In this document: one piece after another, positions 62,410 through 64,000 of the stretch
Numbering within the stretch: position 1 is the stretch's first letter
How the letters are laid out: the number at the start of each line of letters is the position of its first letter
NCBI RefSeq assembly: GCF_001194135.2
Contig: NC_068984.1
Span: forward strand, 64,670,579-64,734,578
Length of the DNA stretch: 64,000 nucleotides
Reading direction: 5' to 3'
Source of the DNA: Octopus bimaculoides
Taxonomy: Eukaryota
Position numbers and translations under genes: made by a program
The notes under the pieces: model-generated
What the model saw: the letters and a program-made list of their open reading frames with translations, nothing else
Told to the model about the DNA's origin: nothing
Database searches by the model: none

Positions 62410-62830
62410 TAATGTGTCGAGCTGGCAGAATCGTTAGAGCGCTGGACGGAATGCATAGCGGTATTTCGCCCTTCGCTAGGTTCTGAGTTCAAATTCCTCC
62501 GAGGTCGACTTTACCTTTCATCTTTTAGGGGTCGATAAACTAAGTACCAGTTGAACACTGAAGTCGATGTAATCGACTCATCCCTTCCCTCCCTCAAAGT
62601 TGCTGCCCTTGTGGCAAAATCTGAAATAATTTATTATTATTATTCTTATTTGCGGTATTTTTACTAGCTCTTCTTTTTCTAAGTTCAAAATCTGTCAAGT
62701 TCATCCCCACATTTCAATCATTTCGGGGTCGGTAAAATAAAATAAAATACTAATTGAGTAATAGGGACAATTTAATCACTTAAAGTCCCTTCCCATTGAA
62801 ATATGACCAATGTAATCTATATATAAAAAC
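61922..62830 (+). mobile_element. Cluster of four co-oriented SINE family C copies (61922-62130, 62294-62360 tail, 62415-62640, 62650-62830 degenerate)
   Basis: Repeated ggcagaatcgttag...ctgagttcaaattcc...cctttcatc...gtcgataaa...gtaccag blocks, separated by (TAT)n/(AAT)n tails. Confidence 0.88.
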
Positions 62831-64000
62831 AAGTGCTACTAAGTGTTGTTGTTCAGACCCGGGTTAGTTCTGATCAAGCAGACTTGTAATCACAAAAGTA
62901 CTTCCCGGTTTTTCTTTTTTTCATGCTTTTTTTATTTTTTATTTTCACACCACATAATTCTGAAGTAACTTTAAAAAGGAAAAATAGTGAACAGATGCAC
63001 TAGAAATAACTTTACATTAAGGGGCCGGTATCTATATTAACAGGAGTGACAGGCGATATGTACACCCTACGAAACCTTATTCAGTTATTCATACTAATTA
63101 TAAATTTTCTATAAAGTCTACCGTTCTAACGAAATTTAATCCCCATTAGTTGGACAACAATAAATAACATTGATTAAAATAGATTTTTAATCCTCTTTAA
63201 TTAGCTACTCGCTTAAAAGCCTCACTACGTGCGAACTTTCAAACGAGCTCCTGTGGAGGCTTAATTGGGCCTGCTGCTCCGAACTAAGGAGAGCAATAAT
63301 AATAAAGAATTTATTGGAACCCTACAAATATGGTATTACTTCGAATTCTGTTTAAATGAAAAAACTTTTGAGTTCACAATTTTTTGGAGTTCCTTTAAAA
63401 TTTGAATTTTCAACTGTTAGCATATAACAAATCCTCATCCAGACTCGATTCCAATGCTGGATGTTCAAGAATGAAATGAAGGACAAAATTTCAATCCCGG
63501 GAAAATCCTGATTCCAAAAACCTATAATATTTTTATGTAGAGAAAATGTAGACATAATTTAGCGTTTATTATTACAAATGGCTTACACATAATACGTACA
63601 CATAAAAGTTTATACAAACCAGACTTTTTTTAAATTTTTTTTTTTAAGACAACATAGTTTGAGAAGTTCTGTGTATTGGGCAAATGACTAGATGGACGTC
63701 TACGATTATACTACTATATACGCACTAATATGCAGACAGACCAGCAGAGAATCGGATCTAAAACAGTAGCCCAAGTCAAAAGGTTCCTGTTAACAACAGA
63801 ATCCAACCTTGAAGCCTTATAAAAACTTGTCAATAATTATATTGGAATGTTTACCAGTTACCGAGTTATGGGCAACGAAAATTTTAACACCTCAAAATAT
63901 AAAATGGAAATTAATATACATGCGCACACACACACACACACACACACATACAGACACACACACACACACATACATATGTATATATATATATATATATATG

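Overview
AT-rich eukaryotic genomic DNA from a draft short-read assembly: 21 N-gaps totalling about 7.6 kb, many flanked by microsatellites. The repeat content (tRNA-headed SINE families, RTE LINE ends, very dense di/tri/tetranucleotide repeats) points to a cephalopod, probably Octopus; this is an inference, not a database match. I find no intact protein-coding gene, rRNA, true tRNA or CRISPR array, and almost all supplied ORFs are translations of microsatellites or N-runs. The window is an intronic or intergenic graveyard of mobile DNA. It holds four tRNA-derived SINE families (labelled A-D here) and a fifth retroposon-like family (E). It also holds a 1.7 kb decayed RTE reverse-transcriptase fossil, two RTE 3' ends, and a 3' fragment of a restriction-like-endonuclease (R4/Dong/NeSL-type) non-LTR element. 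Other elements are a mariner-type MITE family, a Helitron/Helentron-like end and a candidate solo LTR. The most interesting structures are: (i) a foldback-like element carrying a back-to-back (CCCTAA)n/(TTAGGG)n palindrome; (ii) a 538 bp TIR element with octamer+CCAAT arms inserted at a palindromic CCCCGGG site inside a SINE; (iii) dispersed minimal hammerhead-ribozyme-like motifs in Penelope-like repeats; and (iv) a CpG-free 1.5 kb tract near the left end that suggests a methylated host gene body and contains the only unexplained long ORF. Family names are assigned from recalled motifs and need Dfam/Repbase checking. Coordinates of degenerate copies are approximate, within about 10-20 bp.
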